DNA from: an uncultured delta proteobacterium
Lineage (GTDB): Bacteria > Myxococcota_A > Polyangia > Polyangiales > Houyiibacteriaceae
Direction of reading: 5' to 3'
Length of the DNA stretch: 64,000 nucleotides
NCBI GenBank assembly: GCA_963699755.1
Contig: CAVOVB010000001.1
Span: forward strand, 1,887,989 to 1,951,988
This document shows positions 42,848 to 52,139 of the stretch, in pieces (the first letter of the stretch is position 1; each line of letters begins with the position of its first letter). The translations under genes were made by a program, and so were the position numbers. The notes below the pieces were generated by a model that had not been told where the DNA came from, made no database searches, and worked only from the letters and a program-made list of their open reading frames with translations.

Positions 42848-43507
42848 ATGTCCGTTTCCGACTCGATGAGCTGGCTCGACAGAGATTCCGAAGGGCCGCT
42901 CGACCAAGAGGAACCCGTCCTAGACAATGCTGCACTCGTCGAATCACTCGTATCCGGAGATCTTGATGCGCGGGCGGCCTTCTACGACGCCTACAGCGGC
43001 TACGTGGAGCGGCTCTTGGCGCGCGTCCTCGGCCCGGATCCGGAGATCGAAGACCTGCTCCACGATGTGTTCGTCGAAGCGCTGGCCAACGTCGGACAGC
43101 TCCGCGACCCCGCTCGCCTCAAGGGTTGGCTCACTCGAATGACGGTGTTCGTCGCTCGCGGCACGATACGGCGCCGTCGGCGTCATCGATGGCTGGTTTT
43201 CCTCCCCTCCGAGGAGTTGCCGGTCCAAACGTCCTCCTCGCCGCCGCCGGAAGCACTGGATTTGCTGGAGCGCGTCTATGGCATCCTGAGAGCGCTTCGC
43301 CCCAATCACCGGATCGCGTTCTCGCTACGGTACATCGAAGGGATGACGCTTTCGGAGGCCGCGGAAGCAAGCGGGGTTTCTCTGGCGACGTTCAAGCGCT
43401 GGCTGAGCGGGTCGGACGAGGCGTTCCTGAAGCGTGCGGAGCGGTCCGACTACGCGCTCTACGAAACGCTCCTCGAGACACCGCGTTGGGGGCCTCGTCA
43501 TGACTGA
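42848..43507 (+). CDS. ECF RNA polymerase sigma-70 factor
   Basis: EDLLHDVFVEA, WLTRMT and region-4 EGMTLSEAAEASGVSLATFKR. Confidence 0.92.
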   Translation: MSVSDSMSWLDRDSEGPLDQEEPVLDNAALVESLVSGDLDARAAFYDAYSGYVERLLARVLGPDPEIEDLLHDVFVEALANVGQLRDPARLKGWLTRMTVFVARGTIRRRRRHRWLVFLPSEELPVQTSSSPPPEALDLLERVYGILRALRPNHRIAFSLRYIEGMTLSEAAEASGVSLATFKRWLSGSDEAFLKRAERSDYALYETLLETPRWGPRHD

Positions 43508-44864
43508 CCGCCTCGAGAATCTCGGCGCCGAGGTGGCGCGCGTTCAAGACGAAACGCTGGCCGATGACCGCCGCCGCGCATCGGTGCGCAGACGGTTGCT
43601 GACCGGGTCAGCCTCGGCGCGTCCACGGGCTCCTTGGAAGTCCTGGCGGCCTGCCCTTGGATTCGCCGCCGCGTGTGCAGCGGCCGTAGCCATTCTAATC
43701 AGCTGGCCCAGCGCCCCCGGGCCTGTCGGATATCGAGTGGACGACGGAGCCGAGTTGGACGCAACCGACGAGCCCATCGTCGCGTCCAACGACGAGGCGC
43801 TGCGCGTGACGTTTAGCGACGATTCGTGGATTCGACTGACCCCCGGCTCTCGCGCCCACGTCAGTGAGCTCACGTCCGTGGGTGCATCGGTGACGCTCGA
43901 GAATGGCGAGGCGACCGTTTACGTCCGGCACCGCAAGGAGACGCGTTGGTCCGTACAAGCGGGTCCATTCCTGGTTCGCGTCACCGGAACGCGTTTTCGG
44001 GTCGGTTGGAGTGCCTCGAGCCAGACCTTCGAGCTGGAAGTATTCGAGGGCAAGGTGGAGGCCCGTGGACCCAAGATGGAAGGGCGCATCGTTCGCGACG
44101 GTGGAACAATGCGCGTCACGCTTCAGCCGGAAACGGCGCCCGAGCCGACTAATCTAAACGCCGAGCCCTTGCCTTCACCGCCATTGCGACCCGTCCATCG
44201 CAGCCCTGACCCCGCCACCCACGCAGATGCCCCATCCTATCGTCCGCCGGGCCCTGCCCCCGCTGTCGCTCCGGCGGCGAAGCAATTAGAGCCATCGCGC
44301 GAAGAAACGTCGACGCCCGAACCGCCGGAACCCCAAGTGACAGAGGAGTCTCTGACCGATCCCGAGCCTGAGCCGACCTCCCCAGCCCTTGCGCCTGCGC
44401 CTGCGGCGGGACCCACATGGGAAGAGCTGTTCAGCGAAGGCGAACATGAGAAGGCGCTCGCTATCCTCGGCCCAGAGAAGGTCGAAGAGGCCATCTGGCG
44501 CGGCGATTCGAAGGACCTCATCGATCTCGGGGCTGCCGCACGGCGTACCGGGGACGTCCGCGCAGGCTACATCTATAGCGCCGTTCGCTCCCGATTCCCC
44601 GGCACCGTCGCGGCCGCAAACGCGGCGTTCCTTTTGGCGCGCATGGAGTTCCATACCGGAAGGCTCCGAGAAGCTGCGACTTGGATGGAAACCTACCTGC
44701 GGGAGCGCCCGGACGGCCGGTTCGCTCGAGAAGCGGCAGGCCGTCTGGTCGAGGCGTACCAACAGGTCGGAGACGAGAGCCTTGCCAGAATCGCTGCCGA
44801 GCGTTACCTGGCCCGCTATCCCAAAGGCCCCCACGCGGAGCTCGCTCGATCGGTGCTGCAATGA
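43500..44864 (+). CDS. FecR-domain anti-sigma factor with Pro-rich linker and C-terminal TPR-like domain
   Basis: Single TM, VRVTGTRFRV and VFEGKVE FecR motifs, YLARYPKGPH C-terminus; overlaps the sigma gene. Confidence 0.88.
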   Translation: MTDRLENLGAEVARVQDETLADDRRRASVRRRLLTGSASARPRAPWKSWRPALGFAAACAAAVAILISWPSAPGPVGYRVDDGAELDATDEPIVASNDEALRVTFSDDSWIRLTPGSRAHVSELTSVGASVTLENGEATVYVRHRKETRWSVQAGPFLVRVTGTRFRVGWSASSQTFELEVFEGKVEARGPKMEGRIVRDGGTMRVTLQPETAPEPTNLNAEPLPSPPLRPVHRSPDPATHADAPSYRPPGPAPAVAPAAKQLEPSREETSTPEPPEPQVTEESLTDPEPEPTSPALAPAPAAGPTWEELFSEGEHEKALAILGPEKVEEAIWRGDSKDLIDLGAAARRTGDVRAGYIYSAVRSRFPGTVAAANAAFLLARMEFHTGRLREAATWMETYLRERPDGRFAREAAGRLVEAYQQVGDESLARIAAERYLARYPKGPHAELARSVLQ

Positions 44865-45790
44865 GAGACTCGCCCACGATCCTAGTCGCCGTACTTTTCT
44901 CGGTTAGCCAGACAGCTCGGGCCGAGACGGTGGTCGTTTCCGACGCCGGCTCCGAGAATTTGTGTGAAGGGGCGGGCGACGAGCTAGAGCAGGTCGGCAT
45001 CGAGGCGTCGGCGACCCAGACGGGGGCTGCTGCAAGACGTGCACGCCGTCGTGCTTTCGCAAGCGACACCGTCCATGCGTTGGTCGTATGCCGAACGAAA
45101 CCAGTCCGCATCGACGTCTTCTATCCGGATGGTTCTCGTCTCGGCGCGCTTGCGTTTTCGGTTCCTGCAGTTGATGACCCTTCGAGCGCGGCGGTGTATG
45201 CGAGCGAGCGCATTCGCTCCGAGCGGTTCATCGCGGACGTTCCCCTCCCGAGCCCGTTTTCGCCTGCGGTGTGGTGGGTCGGCCTCGGCGCTGACGCCCT
45301 CTTTTCGCCAGGCGGCAGCGCGCCGCTCGCGTTCATCACCCTCGACGTGGGTTACCGTTTCCATCGGAACTGGTCGCTCGGTGGATTCGTCTCGGCTCAG
45401 CCCTACATGCGCCAGCTCGATGCGGGTCCACTCCAAACGCGGTTGCGGCTCGATCAGTTCGGAGTCGCGATTTCTTATCATCCGTTGGTCATGAAGCGCG
45501 TTGACCTCGCACTTGGGGCGCGCGTCTCGGCCTCGCGCTTTGGGGCGAACGGCACGCGCGCCTCGACAGGCGGCCAGCTGTTGCCCCAGAAAGATGCGGT
45601 GTGGTTGGTTTTTCCGGCTGGTCGGATGGCCCTTCGGGTCGGGCTGACGAAGCTCGTCTGGCTCCGCATCCAAGGGGAGCTCGGGGCGCTGCTGCCTCGC
45701 GCAGTCGTCTCGGCTGGGCTGATGGAGCTCGGCTCGCTGGGCGAGCTTGCGGGGCAGGCCGGACTCGGCTTGGAGGTACACCTCCGATGA
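44861..45790 (+). CDS. Secreted protein with probable C-terminal outer-membrane beta-barrel
   Basis: Signal peptide, alternating beta-strand pattern, ends GLGLEVHLR; ATGA-coupled to fecR. Confidence 0.7.
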   Translation: MRDSPTILVAVLFSVSQTARAETVVVSDAGSENLCEGAGDELEQVGIEASATQTGAAARRARRRAFASDTVHALVVCRTKPVRIDVFYPDGSRLGALAFSVPAVDDPSSAAVYASERIRSERFIADVPLPSPFSPAVWWVGLGADALFSPGGSAPLAFITLDVGYRFHRNWSLGGFVSAQPYMRQLDAGPLQTRLRLDQFGVAISYHPLVMKRVDLALGARVSASRFGANGTRASTGGQLLPQKDAVWLVFPAGRMALRVGLTKLVWLRIQGELGALLPRAVVSAGLMELGSLGELAGQAGLGLEVHLR

Positions 45791-46043
45791 TCGTGCGGTG
45801 GCTGTGGATCTCGGTGGCGACGGTCTTGCTGTTCGGATGTGGCGAGGTGAGTCTGAATCCGTTCGTTGAGACCGCCGATGCGGGAACAGACGTCGGCAAC
45901 GATGATGGCGGAGTCGATAGGACGATGATGGCGGAGTCGATGACGATGATGGCGGAGTCGATGACGACGATGGCGGAGTCGATGACGACGATGGCGGAGT
46001 CGATGACGATGATGGCGGCGCCGGCGGCGAGCTTGGGTCCTAG
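45787..46043 (+). CDS. Small Asp-rich lipoprotein (DDDDGGV repeats); frameshift near 45920
   Basis: Lipobox LFGC. The repeat begins as NDDGGVD and continues as DDDDGGV in the shifted frame to TAG at 46041-46043. Confidence 0.6.
45901..46016 (+). repeat. 21-nt tandem repeat GATGACGAYGATGGCGGAGTC
   Basis: About five tandem units visible. Confidence 0.9.
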
Positions 46044-46494
46044 GACGGCGGCATTCGCAAGCCCATCGACAATAATCACGCCCCGCATCATCGCCCTTAG
46101 ATAGGGATCGTTGCTCAAACGCGGTGTCGACTGGCAGAACGAAGATCAGGTCGCCAGCGAAGTCGAGCTTCTCGCGGTGCACGAAGCGGTACCGTCCATA
46201 GAGCGGCATGTTTCCAAAGCCCGCCGAGGGCGAAAGGATGACGGGGATCAGCCCCTCATACCTCTGTTGAAGCGACGTCGCCCTCTAGAGGCGCTTCGGC
46301 TGTTCCTGATGAGAAGCCACGGGTCGCGGCAAGAGCAGCCGACCACGACCGGCCTGCCTTCTCCAGCGCGCGCGAACGCCTCTGTGGAGAGGCCGTCGAC
46401 CAGAAAGAAGAGAGGCCGGTACCAGGCGCTGTCCATCCGAGGTCTGTCCGCGGTAGGGTACCGGACACGTGGCTTCGGCCGGGGGGAGGCAGCG

Positions 46495-47103
46495 ATGCGT
46501 AGGCGACGAATGATTGGGATGATGACCATGGCCCTTGCGATGGGATTGCTGTTTGCCCCGAAGGGCGTGCAGGCGCAGACCGCTTCAAAGGGTGAAGCGC
46601 CGAAGCTCTTCGCAGATATCTCCTCCAGTACGCGCGTGTATCCAAACGCTGACGCCGCGCTCACCGGGTTCGCGTTGGGGTCGCTCTACAAGCCATCCGA
46701 CAAATGCGTTCACTTGGCCGGTGAATTCTTCGCCCGCTTTGGGCGCAAGGATGGAACCCCCGAGGATCTCAAAATGCGGACCGCTGGAGGAGCTCTCGGT
46801 GCCCTCTGGGGGACTGGCGACTGGGACCGCTGGTTTGGGGCGGGCGCGATGTTCGACCTCGGCTGGGGTCGCGTAGGCCCGCAAAACAAGTTCGTCTCGA
46901 GCGCATACCTGCGAGCGCTCTTGTACTGGCGACTCCGTGGGGAGTTCTGGTTGGGCCTCGATGTGCGCGCAGGGTACGTCATTGCGCCCGTCACAGTCGG
47001 CGGCGTCGGGATCAAGGGCCCGCTGCTCGGTCTTGGGATCGGCGTGTCTTGGGGTAAAGACGAAGACGAGTACGCGCCAGAACCCGAGGCAGCGCTTTCG
47101 TAG
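46495..47103 (+). CDS. Probable small outer-membrane beta-barrel protein
   Basis: GGAGG RBS, signal peptide ending VQA, amphipathic strands ending GIGVSW. Confidence 0.65.
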   Translation: MRRRRMIGMMTMALAMGLLFAPKGVQAQTASKGEAPKLFADISSSTRVYPNADAALTGFALGSLYKPSDKCVHLAGEFFARFGRKDGTPEDLKMRTAGGALGALWGTGDWDRWFGAGAMFDLGWGRVGPQNKFVSSAYLRALLYWRLRGEFWLGLDVRAGYVIAPVTVGGVGIKGPLLGLGIGVSWGKDEDEYAPEPEAALS

Positions 47104-47121
47104 TGCAGCGCGACCGGCGAC

Positions 47122-47235
47122 GTCGCGACCGAGCTCACCGAACGCTCCGGCAACCTCGTCGGCGTCGGTTACCTCCTCGGCCGCAAGCACGTCACCACCA
47201 CCAACCACTACGTGCACGCACGCCGTCGAGCCGCC
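47122..47235 (+). pseudogene. C-terminal remnant of a tyrosine recombinase/integrase
   Basis: Translates as VATELTERSGNLVGVGYLLGRKHVTTTNHYVHARRRAA, a box II LLG(H>R)...T..Y pattern; not in the ORF track. Confidence 0.75.
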
Positions 47236-47329
47236 AAATCGGTCCTTTCGGGACACCGATCGGGACACCAGGGGGTAGGGCGACCCAACGAAGAGTCTCG
47301 TGGTGGAGCGCAACTACCCGGTATCAAAC

Positions 47330-47349
47330 GGTGCGGAAGAGAGGACTCG
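47330..47349 (-). repeat. 20-bp copy of tRNA-Leu 3' end (older att core)
   Basis: GGTGCGGAAGAGAGGACTCG is identical to 47490-47509. Confidence 0.85.
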
Positions 47350-47488
47350 TGTGGTCCTGGAAGGGTGCGAGCGTAGCGGACGAAGTCCGAGGAGCCGCGG
47401 CATTCCACGGCCAGTACGGAGGCCCGCAGGGCCGAGTACACCGTAGGTCGAGTCCTCGTAGATATGAACTCCCCGTTATCGATGAGCC

Positions 47489-47540
47489 TGGTGCGGAAGA
47501 GAGGACTCGAACCTCCACGAGTTTTACCTCACTAGATCCT
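47489..47540 (-). pseudogene. 3' half of tRNA-Leu (xAG), att site of integrated element
   Basis: Minus strand reads AGGA-TCTAG-long variable arm TGAGGTAAAACTCGT-GGAGG TTCGAGT CCTCT-CTTCCGC-A-CCA. Similarity stops inside the anticodon loop and the 5' half is absent. Confidence 0.88.
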
Positions 47541-47974
47541 TGGCCGACACCGAGCCCTCGCAATCGTTGAATTTGTTGGAGAAAGAAGCGTCAGCAGGCG
47601 TCGGAAAAGGCCCCCAAACGACCCTTTCGGGACACGGTGTCCCGGCTGACCACTCGCAAATCGTGGGAATGGGGGAGCTTCGGAAGGCGGCGAGGGCGGT
47701 CATGTTGCGGGTCGCGGACGGCGGCGAGCTGCCCATCGAGGCGTTGCGCGACTTCGCAGCGCTGACGCTACGTTGCGAGCTCGTGCACTTGGCGCAGCGT
47801 CTTCAGGACGCGTCACCCGAGTTCGCCGTTCGTCGTGCGATGGCACTTGCAAGTCTGGTTCTGACGCTGGGGGCGAAGCCTGGACCTGCAGAGGACTCGT
47901 CCCACGCGGATGTAGCTTCTGACGGCAGCGTAGGCAGTGCCGACTCTCCAGCGGGGGAGGGCCCGACCAAATGA
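47540..47974 (+). CDS. Hypothetical protein at element end (true start probably later)
   Basis: ORF with helical protein-like C-terminal half, ATGA-coupled to mobC. Confidence 0.45.
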   Translation: MADTEPSQSLNLLEKEASAGVGKGPQTTLSGHGVPADHSQIVGMGELRKAARAVMLRVADGGELPIEALRDFAALTLRCELVHLAQRLQDASPEFAVRRAMALASLVLTLGAKPGPAEDSSHADVASDGSVGSADSPAGEGPTK

Positions 47975-48318
47975 ACTCGGGTCGCGCACGGAATCCGAAG
48001 TCCCGCATGGTCTCGTTCCGTATCGATGAGGACGATTTCAGTCGGCTCGACACCTTCGCTCAACAGACAAGCTGCTCGCGCGCAGAGGTCCTCCGACGCT
48101 TGCTCCGGACCGCTCGCCTTGAAAGTACAGTCGACGCCCAAGCCCTGACCGAGGTTGCACGGGTGCACGCCGACCTCAACCGCATCGGCGGCCTCCTCAA
48201 GCTCGCCATGCGTGAGGGCGTCAGCGAACGGTCCATCCACAGCAGACTGAATCTCGAGCTTCTTGACTCCATCATCCAAGTCCGTCGGGCGGTGGAGCGT
48301 CTAGCGGGCCGTCGGTGA
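47971..48318 (+). CDS. mobC: MobC-type relaxosome accessory protein (ribbon-helix-helix)
   Basis: MVSFRIDEDD...SRAEVLRR and LNRIGGLLK pattern; overlaps the relaxase start. Confidence 0.82.
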   Translation: MNSGRARNPKSRMVSFRIDEDDFSRLDTFAQQTSCSRAEVLRRLLRTARLESTVDAQALTEVARVHADLNRIGGLLKLAMREGVSERSIHSRLNLELLDSIIQVRRAVERLAGRR

Positions 48319-49561
48319 TTGTCCGGCATCAGCGTGCATCGGCAAGCAACAAGGGCTTTCGTCAGCTCGCCCGTTACATTCGGGGTCGAAGCGACAAGCC
48401 GAGGGCGACCTGGTTCCTGGCCGCCAATCTTCCTGGCGTGACCGGGCCCCGTGACCTCGAACTCGCGTGCCGACTCGTCGAGGTCGTGCATGCGCAGAAC
48501 ACCCGCGCGGGCAACAACCGTACGTATCACATGGTCATCTCCCTTCACCCGGAAGACCGAAGCCTCGACGGGAACGAGCTCAGGCGTGTCGTGGAAAGCC
48601 TAGTGGAGACGTTGGGGTTCTCCAGGCACCAGTACATCGCCGCGCGTCACAACGACAAAGACCACGAGCACGTTCATGTAGCCATCCACAAGATCCACCC
48701 GGAGACCTTCCGGATTCACTTGCCCGCGTGGGATCACCAGAAGCTCTTCACTGCGGGCCGTGTCCTCGAACTAGAGCTCGGACTCACGCCGCTTCAGTCG
48801 AGAGTGCGCGCTCGTGAGAAAGTCCCGCAGAGGGCGGCGGACCATGAAGCTCACCACGGAATCGACGGCTTTGCTCGCTGGGCCCGGAAGGAGCTTGGTC
48901 CCGCAGTTCGAGCCGTGCAGGTCCGGAGCTGGGACGATGTTCACGACGTGTGCGCCAGTCTAGGCGTCGTGCCTCGGCCGCATGGCAACGGCCTCGTCTT
49001 CGAGATGTCGAGCGGGGCGTGCGCGTGAAGGCCTCATTCGTCGGCCGCGAGCTCAGCAAGCCGCGCCTCTGCCAACGGTTCGGAGAGTTCCAGCCAGCGC
49101 CCGCGCATCAGCTGGAAGCTGCACGACCTGCGACCCGGCGGTACTCCCCCGTGCCGGCCATCGCACCGCAGGGCTTGTGGAACGAATACGAGCAGTCTCT
49201 CGACCAGGCCCGTTTACAGCGTCAACACGCCTGGAGCCGCTACCGCGACACCGCCTCTCGCGAGCGTCGACCGTTCAAAGAGAAGTATCGAAACCAGCGA
49301 GGCCTCCTCGCCGACCTACCCGTATCCGGTCGCGACCGAAAACGGCTTTCACAACAACTAGCGCTCCGCCAAGCCATGGAATCCCGGGCCCTCAAGCGGA
49401 AGCTCGCAGTCCAACGGAGAGCGATTCAGAAGACTCCGCACCCCGGCACATGGCGTCATTTCGTCGCCAATTGCGCCGCACATCGCGACGCCCGAGCGAT
49501 TCGAGTTCTAGAGCGACGAGAGCGGGAACGCGGCCGCATCAACGAAGGAAGGGGGTTGTGA
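48315..49561 (+). CDS. MOBP-type (TraI/MobA-like) relaxase; frameshift near 49003
   Basis: LARYI (catalytic Tyr), YHMVISL and HNDKDHEHVHVAIHKIHP (HUH). Continues in another frame as DVERGVRVKAS...RFGEF. Confidence 0.88.
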
Positions 49562-49623
49562 GTTGCAGCGAGATAGCGTCGGGATCTAGTTCGGCGATCC
49601 GAACGCGGTCCAGCGTGCGCCGC

Positions 49624-49688
49624 AAGTCGACATCATGAGGTAGTTCTGCGAAATTCGGCTCTCAGCATGAGCCCCATGGGCTAAGAGA
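49624..49688 (-). repeat. 65-bp dif-like repeat, copy A
   Basis: 49641-49688 matches 61268-61315 at 40/48 positions. Minus-strand core is ATTTCGCAGAA-8 nt-TGATGTCGACT. Confidence 0.82.
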
Positions 49689-49983
49689 GCTCGTCGGCGG
49701 TATCATCCTGATCATCGGCAACTTCCTCGGCACCTTGGCCTACGAGAAGCTGACAAAGCATGGGAGCCCCGGACCCGCCAACATCGCCCGAATCGCGATC
49801 CTCGGCTTGGTGCTCGCGATGGGCCGGAAGGCCATGGGGCTAGCCGACAACATCGTGAGCATGGCGTTTGGTTTCACCCTGGGAAGCGTTGCCGTTGCGG
49901 CCGCGCTCGCGTTTGGGCTCGGCGGTCGTGATGCTGCCAAGTCCATCGCCGACGACTGGGCGCGGAAAATCAAGGAGCGATAG
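49689..49983 (+). pseudogene. 5'-truncated TM-helix-repeat (CmpX/MscS-associated) membrane protein fragment
   Basis: LVGGIILIIGNFLG...MGLADNIVSMAFGFTLGSVAVAAALAFGLGGRDAA begins immediately after repeat A with no proper start. Confidence 0.72.
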
Positions 49984-50070
49984 CTTTGGTAGACATCACT
50001 GGGGTTGGGACCGATTGCCTCCCGCCCGGGTGATGTTGCGCCCCTTCCTTCGGCCTTAGACAGAGGTCGA

Positions 50071-51090
50071 GTGTCATCGAACGAAAAATCACCGCGAATC
50101 GCAGTCATTGGGGCCGGCATCAGCGGGCTGACCTGTGCGACCGAGCTCGCGGAGCGCCGTTATTCAGCGACGGTCCTCGACAAGGCGCGCGGTCCCGGGG
50201 CCCGCATGTCGACTCGGCGTGTGCCTGTTCTCGGAGCCGGCGCCGACTTCGATCACGGTTCACAGTACTTTACGGTTCGTTCGCCGGAGCTCTCGTCGCG
50301 CGTGCGCCAGTGGGGTATCGACGGCGTGGTCGCTCCGTCGCACGGCCGAATCGTCTCCATCGGCACCGACGGCATCGATGAGTCCAGCCGCCAGACCCGA
50401 AGGGTCGTCGGCACGCCTGAAATGAACGCAATCTGCCGAAGTCTGGCCGCGCGCTTGGACACGCGATTCGGCGTTCAGGTATCGGCGATCGAACGAGATG
50501 AGGACGGGTGGGCTCTTCTCGATCAAGCCCGACAGACCGTTGGCACGTACCAGGTCGTCCTGTGCATGGCACCCGCGCCACAGACGACGAAGCTGCTCAG
50601 GGGGATCGCACCCGCAATCGCGGAGCGCGCGGCCGCCGTCCGGATGCAGCCCTGCTGGGCACTCCTCCCGGCCTTCGCCGATCCGGTGCCCGTCGAATTC
50701 GATGGAGCCTTCGTCAATGGCGGCTCGCTCAGCTGGGTTGCGCGCACATCGGCCAAGCCAGCGCGGGAGGCTTTGCCCGACCGCTGGGTGCTGCACGCGG
50801 CGCCGAGTTGGTCGCAGACCCACCTCGAGGACGACGCAGAACGGGTCATCGAGGCGCTGATCCCTGCATTCTTCGATGCGATCGGCGTGCCTCGATCGAA
50901 GCCCGCGTGGTCGAAAGCACACCGATGGCGGTTCGCCCTTGCCGAAAACCCGCTGGAAGACGGCTGCCTCTACGACCAGAGCCTCGGGATCGGAGCCTGC
51001 GGGGATTGGGCCAACGGCAACCGGGTCGAGGGGGCATTTCTCTCCGGGCTTCGGCTGGCGAAAGAGGTCGAACGGGCGCTCGGTCGCTAG
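50071..51090 (+). CDS. Renalase-like FAD/NAD(P)-dependent oxidoreductase
   Basis: IGAGISG, DKARGPGARMSTRR, FDHGSQYFT, HRWRFA and CGDW...RVEGAFLSG motifs. Confidence 0.9.
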   Translation: MSSNEKSPRIAVIGAGISGLTCATELAERRYSATVLDKARGPGARMSTRRVPVLGAGADFDHGSQYFTVRSPELSSRVRQWGIDGVVAPSHGRIVSIGTDGIDESSRQTRRVVGTPEMNAICRSLAARLDTRFGVQVSAIERDEDGWALLDQARQTVGTYQVVLCMAPAPQTTKLLRGIAPAIAERAAAVRMQPCWALLPAFADPVPVEFDGAFVNGGSLSWVARTSAKPAREALPDRWVLHAAPSWSQTHLEDDAERVIEALIPAFFDAIGVPRSKPAWSKAHRWRFALAENPLEDGCLYDQSLGIGACGDWANGNRVEGAFLSGLRLAKEVERALGR

Positions 51091-51142
51091 ATCGGCCTCG
51101 CCCGCCGCGGGGTGTCTCATTCCTACCCCAATGAGGGAGCCC

Positions 51143-51256
51143 TGTTCTCGGGTGTCTAATGTTTGTCCCGATAAATCTCTTGACTAGCCGGATATCTGCT
51201 CTTTACACAGGTTATGTCTAGGTTCTGTCTAATAAAAGACAGGCCTGTACCAGGAG
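51143..51256 (+). promoter_or_regulatory. Rhodopsin promoter with TGTCTA repeats (candidate CarH/LitR-type operator)
   Basis: TTGACT at 51180. TGTCTA/TGTCCC at 51153/51164 and TGTCTA at 51215/51226, each pair 11 bp apart; palindrome CTGTCT-N6-AGACAG; AGGAG RBS. Confidence 0.5.
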
Positions 51257-51265
51257 TTTGTATCA

Positions 51266-52072
51266 ATGGAAATCCTCAGCTCTAACCAGTACGACCTGGT
51301 CACGAATCTGATGTCTCTCACAGTCGCGGCCATGGGCGCGGCCGCCCTGTTCTTTTTCCTCTCTCGCAGCCAAGTGGCACCCAAGCTTCGCCCCGCGCTG
51401 ACCATTTCAGGTCTCGTGGTCGCAATCGCTTGCTACCACTACTTCCGCATCTACGAGAGCTTCACCGCGGCGTATCTATTCGCCGACGGCGCCTACCAGC
51501 CCAGCGGCAAACCGTTTAACGATGCATATCGCTACGCGGATTGGCTTCTGACCGTACCGCTTCTCGTCATCGAGCTCGTCGCCGTCCTTGCCCTCGCGAA
51601 GCCGATGGCCCGTTCGCTCACCGTGCGACTCGCCGCGGCCGCCCTGCTCATGATCGCCCTCGGTTACCCGGGCGAGGTGTCGAGTGACACGACCATCCGC
51701 TGGGCCTTCTGGGGCGCGGCCATGGTTCCGTGGGTCTACATCATGTACATCCTCTACGGTCAGTTCGGCGAGGCGATTCAACGTCAACCGGCGAGCGTAC
51801 AGCCGCTCGTGAGCAAAGCCCGTCTTCTCGTCTTGGTGACTTGGGCATTCTACCCAGTCGCCTACCTCGGCCCGGAGCTAGGACTAGCGGGCGCGCAGGC
51901 GGAGACTTTTGTCCAAGTCGGCTACACCATTGCAGACATCACGGCCAAGGTTGGCCTCGGCGTCTACATCTACTTCATCGCCCGGGAGAAGACCGAGGCC
52001 GAGGGCTTCGATCTGTTGTCCGGGAGCGAAGGTGGCACGGGAAGCAATGAGAAGCTTCGCGCCGCTGCCTAA
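51266..52072 (+). CDS. Microbial rhodopsin, xanthorhodopsin-like DTE proton pump
   Basis: Seven TM segments, YHYFRI, FNDAYRYADWLLTVPLLVIE (D-T-E), LGYPGE, and DITAK Schiff-base lysine. Confidence 0.96.
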   Translation: MEILSSNQYDLVTNLMSLTVAAMGAAALFFFLSRSQVAPKLRPALTISGLVVAIACYHYFRIYESFTAAYLFADGAYQPSGKPFNDAYRYADWLLTVPLLVIELVAVLALAKPMARSLTVRLAAAALLMIALGYPGEVSSDTTIRWAFWGAAMVPWVYIMYILYGQFGEAIQRQPASVQPLVSKARLLVLVTWAFYPVAYLGPELGLAGAQAETFVQVGYTIADITAKVGLGVYIYFIAREKTEAEGFDLLSGSEGGTGSNEKLRAAA

Positions 52073-52139
52073 CGTCCAACCAGCGCTTCAGCCCGGCTCT
52101 CACCTGAGATCCGGGCTTCGCTCTGGCAGCGCATCGTGG

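Noticed and set aside
45901..46016. CRISPR array, or the MTTMAES repeat protein shown in the ORF track
   Set aside because: No spacers. The repeat starts in the DDGGV frame, so MTTMAES is most likely a frameshift product.
47489..47540. Functional tRNA-Leu gene
   Set aside because: The 5' acceptor strand, D-arm and 5' anticodon stem are missing; it is an att duplication.
49651..49685. Tn3-family terminal inverted repeat (ends CTAAG)
   Set aside because: No GGGG start at the expected 38-bp distance, and copies A and B are direct rather than inverted.
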